Shown in pieces: positions 38,801 through 52,489 of a stretch of 64,000 nt of DNA. The position numbers and the translations under genes are program-made. The stretch's first letter is position 1. Every line of letters begins with the position of its first letter. The stretch spans positions 87,794,001 through 87,858,000 of the forward strand of contig NC_045697.1 of the NCBI RefSeq assembly GCF_009834535.1. The letters are read 5' to 3'. The stretch is from Camelus ferus (taxonomy: Eukaryota). The notes below the pieces were generated by a model. The model was not told where the DNA came from, made no database searches, and saw only the letters and a program-made list of their open reading frames with translations.

Positions 38801-40991
38801 AAAATCTGCATTGGCCAAAATCATTTCTGCTTAAAACCACAAAGATAAAGCTAGGAAGTATGACATTTTCAATGCCCCACCAAAATCAGCTATAAAATCT
38901 TGTTTTGAATTTGATATATCTTATTATGATGAAATTCTTAATGGTTTTAATTTAGTTGGCTTATGATTTTAATTACATATTCATTTTTATAACAGCTTGA
39001 AACTGTTTAGAATTTTGTCAGGATGGCAAACAAGAATATGTGTATCCTTTAATAACATTGCTCTGGATTCTTTGTTTATTATTTTTAATAACTTCTTGAA
39101 AATCTTAATCAGAAAGGAGTTATAGAACAAAGAACTCCAGCCTTGACCATAACATGAGGAACCGATTTTAGCACTCTGCAAATATGCTGAAGGATGAGAC
39201 CATCAAAAACAGGGTGGTGCTTCAACAGACTCCCTTCTCTAAAAACAACAGCTGGATGTGCCTGTTGCCATTGGAGGGGGAGGTTAAGGACAGAAGAAAC
39301 ATTTTTTTTTTTCAGTGTTGGAAAGTTTTCAGTGAAATCATGATGTCACCAGGATATGTTTTGTCTGTGAGTATGATTTGCATAAATTCCTTCCCATGGA
39401 ACTATGTAAAATGCAAAGGAATGTTTTATGGTACATTTTTGTGTCTATGGTGCCAATACTTTTTAACAGTCGATGAAGGAGATACTATGTACGAAGAATT
39501 TCTTTGGTAAATTCAAAGTAAGAAGTAACAAGAAAGAAAAGAAATAGGGCTTGCAAATACAACAACTTCACATTGTACTCATAGAAACACTGGGATTCTT
39601 TTGCATTCCTGATCATTGACTAATATTTTAACTTTGTACTACATACCTTTGGGAAGAAGATTCTCATTTTCTTTCATGTTTAAGGCTCGAGATATCTACT
39701 CATTTTATTATTCTTCCTGTTATAATTACCTCAGGCATATTGTCAAGTTCTTGTCTTTGAAAGATTTTAATCATCAAGCAAAATGTATTTGGGACACATA
39801 TTTAGAGATTTGATATCAAGTAAAGAAATGTCTTGCTATAGAGCAGAGATATTCAAGTATCAAATGAAATGTCTGGTCACCAACAGCCATTGAGTTTTTA
39901 GCATTCCACACAAGAATTTTAATTGCAAAAACACCATTTGAAGGTTGTGTACATGCTTCAAGTTGGCTCTTCGAGCCCCATGTAAATCAGAGAATATAAA
40001 TAAAATGATGGGGAGAGGGGTGGAGGTAGGCGAAATGGGGAAGTATTGATGTGCCTGATATATACATCTCTGACCCCCTCAATACTTTAACAAACTTAAT
40101 ATTGAAAATTTTTTTCTATTTATTGATGACCTTAATTTCTGATAATATGACTATGAACCAATACTCCACTGAAAACAAATAAAAATGCTGGGTGAAATAT
40201 TTTTTTAAAAAATTCTTAAAAGAATCAAATAACCAAAAAACATAAGAAGACTTCTCAGGACAACTTCTAACCAAAAGCAGGAACCTAGACCAGTAAGACA
40301 GTGACTGAAGCTACTTTTGTCCTGAAAGTCTTTGCTGAATGAGGTGAACTTGACCTTCCAGAATGAGGTCTGCACTGAGACATAACAGGCTGAATTCAAG
40401 GCTCAGGTTCCACCTAGAATGGGGAGTCAGAAACAGCCCTGCCTGGAAGTGGAAGCAGCCCAAAGCTGTATCTTCAGGATGAGTTAAGAGGAGTTAAACT
40501 ACCCCCTTTCCTCTTTACTCCCAGAAGAATGCAAAGAAATGTACCTCAACCCTGAGCCAAGCTAGAGGGAAAAACAACTTCCTGGGACATTGTAACTATA
40601 TGTCAACTCTCTTGTGGATCTGTGGCATCAACTAATACTAGCTGTGTTATTATACACAGCTTAAACTGTGAATTTAATTTTAAATGATTTTAATCATTAA
40701 AATTTAAATGATTTTTAATCATAAAAGTCATTAAAAATCATTAAAATGGTAGAATCCTTTGAGCCTTACTCTTCTTATATCTTCTGTCAGAATACAATCA
40801 TAGTATTTCTCCTTTCCATCACTATGCTTACTCATTTTTTGGTTTACAAAGAACCACTAGTCCTAAAAGAATAAGACTGACTAAGGGTCTCATTATTTTC
40901 TCCTTAAGGAAAATAGAGGGACAAGAACAGATATTGGGAGGCCTTGGAATTTATAATACAGAAATTCAACTGATCTATGAAATAGGAGCTG

Positions 40992-41076
40992 TTAGATTGA
41001 ACCATATAAAATTGCCATTTTTCCAAGGTCAACAACTATTCAGTGAACATCAGCAATCCCACATGGTTCAGCCTAA
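40992..41076. mobile_element. MADE2-like mariner-derived MITE
   Basis: about 85 bp with imperfect TIRs ttagattgaaccatataaaattgc / gcaatcccacatggttcagcctaa. Confidence 0.75.
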
Positions 41077-41380
41077 TGTATTAGTTGAGTAAGCTGCTGT
41101 GTCAAAGGGACTTTAAATACAGGGGACCAAACACTATCATTTAATTCTCTCACAAGTCAGTCCAGATGTGATCAGCCTGTGATTGGTGGAGCAACTCTCT
41201 CATTCTCAACATGTCTTTCAAGTTTGCTCTGATTTTCCCCATTTCCTAGCCATCAAGCAGAGAAAAAGATGAGGCCCAGGGCAAGTACCTTTTTCCAAAG
41301 AGAGAAAACACAGAAGTCAAGCACATGTCATTTGCTTATATCTCAATGGCCTGAAATTAGCCAAATATGGCCACCCTTAA
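41077..41380 (-). mobile_element. old MaLR LTR (MLT1K/L-like)
   Basis: 'tgtattagtt...gctgctgt' start; 'cagaagtcaagcacatgtcatttgcttatatctcaatggcc...atggccacccttaa'. Confidence 0.6.
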
Positions 41381-43274
41381 TTTCAAAGTTCATATTCTCA
41401 GTAATTCTCTCATCTTGCATTCTCCCTTCTCAAGGTTTCTGTTCTTATTAATTTTTTTTTGGTTAGAATCCTTTGTTTAGTGATTGCCTCCAATAAAGCA
41501 CATCTCTTTTATATTTTTGATCTCTGCATATCCCCACATATCTTTTTTTTGACACTGATAAGTGATCAATTCTCTTCTTAATTCCTCTGTAGCAGATAAG
41601 GAGTTCAATGTTAAATGTATTTATTATTCCTCGCAAATAACCACTTCTGTTTGGAAGCTTATTAAGATGTCTACTTGGTATTCAGGAATTTTATCAGGAT
41701 ATATGTAGTATTAGTGTGTGTCTTACCTAACGAGCCCTTCCTGGAACTCAGTGAGCCCTTCTGGTCTGAAAATTCAAGTCTTTTCTCTGCTTAGAGAAAT
41801 TTTTAATGTTACTGGTTTAATGATATCCTTTCCGGCATCTGTTGCTTTTCCTCTCACTGGGACTCCTACTTCCCCATTTTCAGTTTCCTTGCAGGATGAT
41901 GGGTCCTATAGCTGGGATCTCCTAGAAACCCCTGCGAAACTGCACAGCATTCAAGATGGTAACTAGATCAAGCTGTGTTAGACTGTGCAGGCTGTGAACA
42001 TGCTTGACAAACTGTTTCAAGCCAGAGTACTGAGTACTGTCCTGTAGCAATCATATCAAGCACTGTGTACCTCAAGATTAATGAGGTGCACTAGACTCAG
42101 GTGAAGAGGTCTCCAGCAGGTTTCCAGACAAGGCTCCATCCTGGAGCACTCTCGGCTTTTGTGTATCAGGCCAAACTTAGAAGAGGACAGGTATGCTCTC
42201 AAACTTGATTGACTTGGATACTATTAATTGCAAATGTGTAGGTTTTACTAAGCCTTTGGGGGCCAGGAGATTTGCATCTTTCTCAGAGAACATGCTGTGT
42301 ACTCTGACTCTTCTGATGTTCTTCTGAATCCCCAGATGGACACAACTTGTTTGATTTACCCAAGCGGTTTGACTGTGTGCCTATCTTTCCATCAATTATA
42401 CCACTTGCAGATATTTATCATTAGAGTAGTCATGCCTTCCTGAATCTGTCATCCTATTCTTGCATATCTTTTCATAATTTTGTCACATATGCCTATTTCT
42501 TCTTCCATATTATTAGATGTCTCACCCACATGGTCATTCAATTTTATTGTAATTGTTCCCTCTTTAATTCACCACCAATTTTCTTTAAATTTCAAAATCA
42601 TGTTGTTTTCTAAGTGCCAGAAAAGTTGTAATGTGTATGTGTGCATCTGTGTGTGTATTCACGTGTCATCATTAACTTTTCTTACGTGTTTTGTGTTTTT
42701 GTTATTATTTTATGGGCCAATTGTCTTCTCTTTCCTCCAACAGTTCAACTGTTCCTCCAACAGTGTGAGCCACCTATGCTGAGCCTTGTGCTTGTTCTCC
42801 CTCTAGCTGGCTCCTGTGCTGTCCCCTTAGTTGCACCACAGTTGTTCTTCACCTGCTCAGCAGGCACAGTGCTGGAACCACAAGTGGCAGCCATCTTGTG
42901 GATGGTGGTACATGTGGCCACCTCTTGCATTGGGAGCAGGTGATGCATTGGTCAGGAATCAATTAGTATCCCATTGATATCCCATCAGTTAGACATCCCT
43001 TGAGGATGTCTCTATGCTTCTTGCTAATCACAGCTGCAAGTGCTAGCGTTCTCCTTGTCTCAACCAACCTGCCCAGACTCCAAACGAAAGCGTATGCAGA
43101 GGCACATGTAGTAAAACTCTCCTGTGGGAGAGTACTATGGCCCCTCTCATGGGGCACAGATCTCCTCAGAACACTCTCTTTCTGGGATTCACTCTGTTCT
43201 CATGCTCACCCCAGGCCCTCTCTGACTGGTACAAGGTGGAGGAAGTAGTGAGTTTGAATCCTTAATTAAGATAC

Positions 43275-43560
43275 ACAGACATAGAGAACAAAATTATGGT
43301 TACCAAGGGAGAATCAGGGTGGGAAGGGATAAATTGGGAGTTCAAGATTTGCAGATACTAACTACTATATATATAAAATAGATAAATAAGAAGTTTACAC
43401 TGTACAGCACAGGGAACTATATTCAATGTCTTATAGTAATCTATAATGAAAAAGAATACGAAAAAGAATGTATGTATGTATATGTATGACTGAAGCATTA
43501 TGCTGTACACCAGTAATTGACACATTATAAAGTGACTATACTTCAATTGAAAAAAAAAAA
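43275..43560 (+). mobile_element. young 5'-truncated L1 3' end with poly(A), cetartiodactyl (camelid-like) type
   Basis: 'gggataaattgggagttcaagatttgcagatactaactactatatatataaaatagataaa...cagcacagggaactatattcaat...tgactatacttcaat' then A11; probable TSD aagatac(c)acaga at 43268-43279 and 43559-43571. Confidence 0.9.
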
Positions 43561-43597
43561 GATACCACAGATTCTAAGATTTGTTCATGCTCACCAG

Positions 43598-43832
43598 CAG
43601 TGCTGTGCTGAACCACACTGAAACCTGAGGCAAAAAGAAAATTCAGTAATTCTACTCATGCCTTTATTAAAAATTTTGATATTTTGTTCATCATGGATTT
43701 TTTGTATTACTTTTGATTTTTTAAAATGCTGAATTAAGGTATTACTTATCTTAGTTACTGAGTTTTGGGGTACAACTTAACTTTTATACCTGAGGTGAGG
43801 GCCTCACTCATCTCATGCTAGTCCCAGACCTG
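43598..43832 (-). mobile_element. MER96B-like hAT MITE
   Basis: 'cagtgctgtgctgaacc...cctgaggcaaaaagaaaa...aaaattttgatattttgttcatcatggatttt...gcctcactcatctcatgctagtcccagacctg'. Confidence 0.75.
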
Positions 43833-44094
43833 CTCCAGGTCCTGCCTGCTTCTCTGGAAACCCACCAAGTTCAGGAGAAGAGACAGTGTTTGCATTGGAG
43901 CAGGGAGAAACATGCAGGGGTTTTCATGCATCATTTTGGAAAATATTGAGAGGTTTATAAAAAAGAACATAAAGGAAAAAATGTACATAATTTTTCATTT
44001 CATTCTTAATGTTCTCATTCATGTTGTTTTCAAATTTATATAAAATCAATTTAAGATGAAATTGCTTCAACCATTTTTTTTTGTAAATCACTTT

Positions 44095-44325
44095 AATATT
44101 AAGTTGACATTTCTTGAGCACCAAAAATGTGCTACATTCTTTTCTGAGAGTTTTACAGAAATGAATCCTTCAATCTTCTCAACAAGCGAGTAAGGAAGGT
44201 TTGATTGTTATCCTAGTTTTACAGTGTGGAAATTGAGGCAGGAAGAGGGCATGTAAGTTGGCCAAGGTCACAGAACTAGTAAGTGGCAGAGGTGGTATTT
44301 AAACCCTGGCTGTCTGGTTTTGAGG
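44095..44325 (-). mobile_element. MIR SINE
   Basis: 'ttttacagtgtggaaattgaggc...ggccaaggtcacagaactagtaagtggcagaggtggtatttaaaccc'. Confidence 0.85.
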
Positions 44326-46849
44326 CTCACAGAGATGGGCTTTGGGTGTTTAGGGGTATCTGCATCCGTGGATCTCTGTACCTCTGTGCATCAGTTAGCC
44401 CAGAAAGGACAGGGAAAGGAGAGTCACACAGGTGCTCACAGTCGTGTCTCGGCCACTGTCCACGAAGAGTGCACCGTGATTAGAGTTAATTGTTTTCCAG
44501 GCAGTAGATCTGTTCATATAACAGAAATTTAGTCCATTGAGTTAATCTAGAAACCCTTCCTGCTCTGCTTCTGTCCACGCTTGCCATGTGACTGCCTGCC
44601 CATGATTGGGCCGTGGAGGAGAAAATGTACTCATAGTTGAACTCTGATATTTCAGCCTGGTTCATAGTTTCACATCTTCTGTTACATTAATAAGTTAAGT
44701 TTCTGGTTTTCTTGCATCAGTGTCTCATGGGTTTGGTTAATGTGCGACCAGTCCAAGGGAGCCCAGGGGTGATGACGGTATAGTTTCTGAGCACGCTGTG
44801 GCACTTCTACCCATGCAGACCTGACTGGAGGATGTCCGCCTTCCGCACTGATTTCCCCCAACAGCAGGGTCCTCTCCCACCCCCGGATGTGAGGCTGGGA
44901 GCTCTCTGAGTAGGCCAGTCAGAGGCCAAGTCCACCAATCAGAAAATGATGAAGTACCTGGAAGTGGGTTTAATAGAAGAAAAGGGCTTCCAGGTAGTCC
45001 GATGGGCTGTTTGAGTCCATTTGGTGAAAAGCTGTCCACTGTAAACATTTAACAGTTTTAATATAAGATTGATTACTCTCTTCAGTTTTGGAAAATTTTA
45101 TTTGTAATATTTCTTTTAAGCCCTCTCCCTCCCCTTTTTTTTTTCTTTTCCCTCTTTTGGGAACTCTTAATTGTTAAGTTTCCGGTCTCCTGAATTGAAT
45201 TCTCTTGTTTGCTTTTTTGCCTTGTCCTTTTGCTCTTTGTTGTAAGGGAATTCCTCAAATGTATCTTCCAGCCCTTGTGTTTACTTTTACATTCTGGGAA
45301 TTTTAATTTTAATTTCCATTAAGTCTTTTTCCCTGCTCCTTTTTCATAGCAACCTGCTCTTATTTTGTGAATCAGTAATCAAAATAAAATGTGTTACAAA
45401 TAATGGTATGAACTGATATGGTTTGGGATATAAGGTAGGGCTTTCTTGGGAAAAATGACATTTGAGTGGAAATTAATCAATGCTAAGCAACTAATTGTAG
45501 AAATGAAGAACTACCTATTTAAGGGGAGGTGAGAGCAAGAGCAGTCCAGAAATAGGAATGTAGATTGAAGATTTGTCCATTCAAAGGGTTCTTCAATAGC
45601 CAACATATTTACAGTTATGGTTTCAACTGAGCACATAGCTTTGGGTAACCCATAGGTTTCAAGTATAGCACTGTCACCCTTAGTGTCTTAATATTATTTT
45701 AGTTGTAATTTTATATACCTCATTGGCACTAGAGTTATTTAAGGACATTTTCAAGTCTGCATGCGTTGGCCTTTTTTTTGTTGTTGGTAATATCTTATGT
45801 ATAACTTAAAAAAATTTCCTGTATTATTTGAAAATACATATATTTTCAGCATTTTGGAATTAATTGAGTTTTTCCTATGAGAAAATAACACCTGTGAATG
45901 TACCATGAGACCTCAGTAAGTAGTTAATTCAACTTAGGGTGCTCTAAGTCCTATGAAGATTTATACATAAAGTTGCACAAGGCAACCTTATTTAAAGTCC
46001 CCATTATGATATTCATAGGTTTGTTTTACTTCATTTCCTAACATTTCTTTCAATGTTAACATTTCAACATTTTTAAACTTCATTTTGATTTTGTATATCT
46101 CTATGACATATTATTCTGCTCATAAACTTTCATAGCTGTTATCTCTTCTTATCAGTATTAGATAACCTTCTTTTTCCTGTTATGTATATTTTTTACCTTG
46201 AAATCTCTTTTGGCTGAATTGATTTTATAACCTTTGCCTTTGCCTAATAAATCTCTCTCAAGCTTGTGCTTTTAACTATCCTGTATAACTTTTCAGAAAT
46301 TTGGGCTATAAAAAAATTAAGATTAGATTTTTTTTTCACATGACATGAGAAACTTTATTATTTTAAATCCAGATTAATACACAAAGTTAAATTTGAAATT
46401 ATGTATCTTCTAAGACCACTTTTAAAAACTGTGCCTTTAATTTTGTAGTTAGACTTACAATTGTTTAGATTTACTTATATGATTAATTGTTTTAAATTAT
46501 ATTTTGTCATCCATATTCTTCAGTTCTTAATTTTTATTCATCTCTAGCCCTTTATATTTTAGAAGACCACCTGTGTCATGTATTTTATGACTCTTTATGT
46601 GTATATTGATGCAGATACAAAGGACACACTGGTTATTGTCTTTTTTTTTCTCAAAACTATGTTGCTCCTTTTGTTTTCCAATATTTACTGCTTTACAGAA
46701 GATATCTGAGATAGCCCACTCTTTTTACTTTATAATTAATATACTAGTTCTTCCTGGATTTTTCCATACTTTTATGTGTAATCATATAAAAATGTGTCTG
46801 AGTTATGTCTGTTTATACATTTTTTCCTGGAGTCCATGGTAAACTCCTT

Positions 46850-46890
46850 TGTGTGTGCGTGTGCGTGTGCGTGTGCGTGCGTGTGTATGT
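46850..46890. repeat. (GTGTGC)n/(GT)n alternating purine-pyrimidine microsatellite
   Basis: tgtgtgtgcgtgtgcgtgtgcgtgtgcgtgcgtgtgtatgt. Confidence 0.9.
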
Positions 46891-46939
46891 CAAGACATTA
46901 AGACTATATTCTTCTCTGACTTGTAGTCCCAGGAACAGT

Positions 46940-47090
46940 ATAGTGAGCACCCATTTAACCATTAGAAAGCTCAGTTTCCTTCTCTCCAGATGAGACTAAT
47001 GTAAACTAACTCAGAGGATTATTTTAAGAATTAAACGAGACAATTCAGCTAAAGTATTTAAAAGAGTGCCTGGCACCTAGTAAGAGCACA
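46940..47090 (+). mobile_element. MIR fragment
   Basis: 'ctcagtttccttctctccagatgag...gaggattattttaagaattaaacgaga...agtgcctggcacctagtaag'. Confidence 0.8.
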
Positions 47091-49582
47091 TATTAAAAGA
47101 GAATATTCTTCAGTTCAGATAAGCTTACCTTAATTGTTTTTTATTCCTTCTGTTCAAGTTATTCTTGTTTTTCCACTCAGAAATGGCTAGAATTCTAAGT
47201 TTTCTCTCCATTCTTCAGTCCTTTAGGTCTATCATCTCTCCCAATTCTTTTTTTAATATCTTGTCTTAACATTCTGGCAAACCCCAATTTTGCCTTCATT
47301 AATTTGTGGGGAATTATGTTCCACAGAAGACAGTTTGAGAAACAGAAGTCTAGAGCATGCTTGTTTTATTGAAGTGGAGTATGCTTCCCTTTCTTCTGCC
47401 TGCCCTGGTTGTGTGATACGCTGGATTGAAAAATGTCTGAAAAACTATATTATGTACATACTCAATTATCAATACCATTCTAAGTCCACTTGCCAAAAGT
47501 GTTTTAGCTGATGTTCTAAACTGGTCTGAAGGTGTCACTTTGCTTGGAGTCCACTCTGAGGACCTGATACCTGTGCCGGGGAAGCTGTGTTCTCTCTCAT
47601 CAAGCCAAGTCACATCTTCTTTGCTGCTTTTGGAGGGCTGAACTGTGGGTGCATGAAGGTCTCTTGTGTTTGCTGGAGCCATTAGTGCCTGGACACTATG
47701 CTATTTTCCAAGTAGAAGTAGGGAAAAATGTCTCTTTCTCCATAATTGTAAATTGTCATACCTGTTCCATACAAACATCATTTAATCTCTAAATGTTTTA
47801 CAAGAGTTTCTAAGAAACCGTTATTCATGGTTATGTCTCTGCTTTTACACATAGTCTCTGCTTCAGCTAAGATTTCAGTGTAAGTTCATGGGGCAGCAGC
47901 CAGGACTGTCTCAGACTTGGTCTCCGCTGACAACTGAGAGATCGGCAATGCTGGCTCAAGAGCCTGATTTTCTCTTCTCAAGAGGAGTTTTTCTCTGTGA
48001 AGATTTCTTGGTCACACATGCAAAAGGACTACTGGTGGCTCAGGCGGGCCCATCTCCTTGATCCTGGGTGGAGCCTCCCCTGACTTGCTCCACAGCACAC
48101 ACTTCCCTGCTCCGACAAGCGTGTTACCGAGACTTCCTCCCACGTGGGAAACACTGATATGTTTCCACAGTAGATTAACACCACAATCTTAGATGTTTTT
48201 ATACAGACAAGGAAGAACATTCAAAGATGTGAAGTGACTTTCCTAATGTGTTAGTCACGTAGTTCGTAGTAACACATCTGGGAACAGAAGTTAACTTTTT
48301 AAACTCTAGATCTCACTTAAAAAAAAATTACAAACCACTCTGCTTTTTTACTTCTTTTCTCTTGGCTAATAGTCTACTTAATCCATGAATACCCGTATCT
48401 CACCCAGATGTGGCTCTAAAAACTAGAATATTATAACAAAAATGGTATCTTTTTCTGGACCTAATAAATAAAAATACATTCAGGGTTTAGACTTTAAAAA
48501 CTAAATTAACCCTAGGAGAACTTCAAGATAGATGATAAACTACAGTAACTTATTTCTAAAAAGTTGCTACAAGTGTTAACAACAAAACTCTGGTGACAAA
48601 TGACTACTACCCTTAAGAAGGGATGGTCTTAAGACTCAACAAAAATAAAAAGTTTCTTGACCCACTACAGTGCCATTTATTAACAGATTTCTCACAGCAA
48701 TATTAAGGTTAGTTGTGGGTGCACTCAGTGAAGGAATTGCTTCTTTGGTTCAGTGTTATTTTTATGGTAAATGTCTCATGCTATTCATTCGCTGAATATT
48801 TTAGACAGCATTTTACTATTCCATAATCCTTCTCCATTCAGCTGTGTTTTAAGATACTTAGAAGGCAGTGACAACACAAATCTCATTCCTGTCTTGCAGT
48901 GAGTATCTTTTCCATTTTTTCCTTTCTATGCACAAAATTTCTTAGGTAAATACAAGTGAGAGGAAATAGGTATATCAGAGGGGCCCAATTCTGCTAGTTT
49001 GGGGCCTTTTGCAAAGGAGGGTTGCTCTCTCTGAAAACAGAATGTCTGGAAGACAAGAAGCCTTAGGCCAGGCCAGCTGCTGAGCAGACACACAGGGAAC
49101 AGCCTGACAGTTTTCCATCTCCACTGGCAACCAGAAAAGGCATTTCTTACCCAACTGCCCTCCCTTTGTTATAGCACTGTAAATGGCAGTGCAACTCTGC
49201 TTCCAATAATGGCCGAGACTCAAAAAACATACCCATACTTCAAAACAGAAATTCTGCACCTAGGAATCTATGTTGAAAAAATAAATTTAAAAATTAAAAA
49301 AAATAATAGTGATAGTCAAAGCTTTCAGATAAATGACCAATTTGGTTGAAATGCTAGTTTGTCAACATTAATATTTAAAGTTAACACAAATCCAAGTCCC
49401 TAGCTACTACATTTTTATGCCATAGATATCTCTATATTTGGAAGTGTCAAAGATTTATCTAAGGTAAAGATTAAATACCAGACAGGGAATCTAAACCCCC
49501 AAACAGGGAACCCATTTTTAACGTTTATGCTACCAACCAGTTTTCTCTTGTTAATTTCAAATGTATTTTAAATGTTGGTGGG

Positions 49583-49964
49583 TGTGTTAGTTTTCTAGGT
49601 CTGCCATAGCAAAATACCACAACCTGAGTGACTTAAACAACAGGTTTTTATTTTCTCATAGTTCTGGAGGCTGGAAGTCCAAGATCAAGGTACCAGTAGG
49701 TTTGGTTTCTGCTGAGGCCACTCTCCTTGTGTTGCAGATGGCCACCGTCTCACTGTGTCTCCACATGGTCCTTCCTCTGTAAATGCACATCCTTGCTATT
49801 TCTCTCCCTTATAAGGACACCAGTCATATGGGTTTGGGATCCACCCTTATGACCTCATTTAACCCTAATTACCTCCATAAAGGCTCCATCTTCAAATGCA
49901 GACACTTTAGGGGTCAGGGCTTCAATATTACTAATTTGGGAAAGAAATGATTCAGTCCATAACA
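49583..49964 (-). mobile_element. MaLR solo LTR, MLT1A-like, complete with 5-bp TSD
   Basis: TG...CA ends; 'ctcatagttctggaggctggaagtccaagatcaagg', 'ttataaggacaccagtcat', 'attcagtccataaca'; TSD gtggg at 49578-49582 and 49965-49969. Confidence 0.93.
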
Positions 49965-50346
49965 GTGGGCTATTTTTGCTCACTGGCCTATCAGAAGAGA
50001 TAAATCTTACATGAAGCCAAAATTTCTACAGAGGTTATTTTTGCTTGGAGATATTTTACTGAGTTCTTCTGTCAAATGAAAATGTGAAAGGATCTTGCCT
50101 ACCGACTGAGAGACAGATGCACATGTGTTTTTTCCTCCCGTTGTCCTCTTTCACATAATTAAACAGTAAAAGAGATTCAGTGACACTTGGAATTTCCATT
50201 TGTAAATCTTGTACTTGAAATAAACCTTTTATCATTGCCTTACCTCACAGACAATAATTTTGAATCTCATAGCGTTATTCCTGTTTTTAGGTTTTGTTGG
50301 TTTAAATATTAAATTGTATATTTCACATTAAAAAATCTTTTCTGGT

Positions 50347-50882
50347 TGTGGTGCCCAGTCTCCAAGACAGCCCCCAGTGATGTCTGCCTCCTTGTTCCAT
50401 GCTTGCATATAATCCTCCATATTAAATCAGGTTTGTTGTTATGTGACCAGTAAATTGCAGTGAAATTGACAGTGTGTGACTTCTGAAATTTGATCATAAA
50501 AGTCATTGCAGCTTTTGCTTTGGCCTTTTGGATTGCTTGCTCTTGCAGAAGCTAGCCACCATGCCACTAGCCAAACATATTCAGACACGTAATAGAGAGG
50601 TAATTTCTTTGTGGAGAAATGGGGTCCCTGGTCCAAAAACCAGTACCAATTATCAGCTGTGATAGTCAGACACCCTGGGAATGGAACTTCCGGCCTCAGA
50701 CAAGTTTTGAGAAGACTGCTGCTCCAACTGACATCTGACCACAATTGATAGACCCCCAGGCAAATCCCCTCACTCAAGCTCTTTACAAATTCCTGACCCA
50801 CAGAAGCTGTGAGAAGAATAGATGGTTGCTTGTGCCACTAAATTTGGGGTAATTTTCTGTATAACATTAGATAAGTGAAACA
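50347..50882 (+). mobile_element. MaLR solo LTR, MLT1F-like
   Basis: 'tgtggtgcccagtctccaagacagccccca...gtgtgacttctga...tcctgacccacagaagctgtgaga...ccactaaatttggggtaattt...atagataag-like end'. Confidence 0.8.
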
Positions 50883-51164
50883 GGTTGAGTGTTGTAAATA
50901 TAATTCAACTTCACAATTTTTTAAATTTATGATCATTACTTTATTATTTTAAAATTTATTAAATGTTATTTCTCTGTATTAAGGGCACTGGCTTTATTAT
51001 ATCCTGAGTATTTTCCCCTGTATTTTACTTTTCAATATGTCTGAGAATACTCTTTTCTCCCCTTCCTTTTCCCCTCTTTTGTCCCTCTTTCTCTCCTTTC
51101 TTTTTCTTTGTTCTCCTTCTTTTCTTTACTAATTATTTTCTTTGCTCTGTAAGTATTGATTTAA

Positions 51165-51615
51165 TACCTATAATGATTAAAAATTTATTGCAACTCCTCC
51201 CATCAAGAGGTAGAGTCTGTTTCCCCATATCCTTAAATCTGAGCTGGCATTAAGGCTTGCTTTGACAGACAGAATGTTGTGGAAATGATGTGCCAGTTCT
51301 GAGTCTAGCCTCTGAGAAGTCTTGTAGCTTCTATTTTTGCTCTCTTTGAGGTCACCATGTGAGGAAGCCAAGGCTAGCCTATTGGAAGACAGAGTTGGAA
51401 GAGGAACCATACCTGTTCAGACTCCTAGACCAACCAGCCCCAGACAACCCACAGCTGACTGCAGCTTCACAAGTGACCTCATTAATTAGCCAGAAAAGAC
51501 TTAAAAAAGAACTTTCCAACTGATCCCATGGAATCACAGGAAAATAGAATGGCTGATTATTCAAAACCCACCATGTTTGGTGATGATTTGCTCTGTAGTA
51601 ATAGAAAACGAATAC
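51165..51615 (+). mobile_element. MaLR LTR, MLT1G/H-like
   Basis: 'actcctcccatcaagaggtagagtct...ttgctttgacagacagaatg...tgccagttctgagtctagcct...tgtagtaatagaaaacgaataca'. Confidence 0.8.
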
Positions 51616-52489
51616 AATACCCATGGCAGTCATTGCTAGTATTCAACCCCAACATCCACCCTTTCTTCTTCCTGGGTAAAAGAACTTCCTTTTTTTTTTC
51701 TTTTCTGGGCACCGATTGCCACCTATAATAGAAGGTCTTGCAAGAACTGCCAGGAGCCATATCATTAGGGGAAGTTGTAGGAAAGATTCAGTAAGTCATG
51801 TTGGTTGCCTGGAAGCATTTAGCAAAGTGCTATGGAGAGAAAGGAATTCAAGCCAGAGTGGCCACTCAGGATATGTGATTTTGCTGGGGGGAGGCAGTAT
51901 CTGACTCAGATGTCTAAATTGCCCAAGTGTTCTGTAATTTGAAATCTTGTTAGGTAAAAAAATCCAACTGTTTTTGCACCCCAAATTGAAGTTGCTATAA
52001 ACAGTGAGTGAAAAACTGAAGAGGCTATAAGCAATCTACTGGCAGAGATGAAATTAACTGTATTGCCTTTCTATGCAAAACCATTATTTCGGAAAGCCTC
52101 AAATCAGTAGCAGTTACGTGGAGCAGCTGGGAGAATGAGAGGACAGTCCATTAAGTAAAAGACAAGAGACTTTGCATTTAAATTTCTAGAAAGACACTTG
52201 GCTGTGGTTATTCAAACATGAAACTGACTTGAAGCCAATTAAAAAGAAGTGTACTGAACTTTAGAGAGAATTACAGTGCTGAACAAAACCCAACCAAACA
52301 GAAACAACAAATAAGCCTACAGCCTGGCTGAGAGTAGCTGGACACCTAACTTAGAGCTGCAGGAAGGAGTTTTAAAGACATTAGCAGCCTCTAGACCCCC
52401 AGCTTCACCCAGTTCACACCTCAGTTGCGAACAAGCAAGAATCTTCCTCAGGGCAGAGCCACCGGTCTCATGGACAGCTGATAAAAGAG

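Noticed and set aside
40992..41076. Hairpin as a novel pre-miRNA
   Set aside because: It is explained by the TIRs of a MADE2-like MITE.
44740..45010. Possible CpG island or promoter
   Set aside because: Only about 7 CpGs in 270 bp, too sparse and short.
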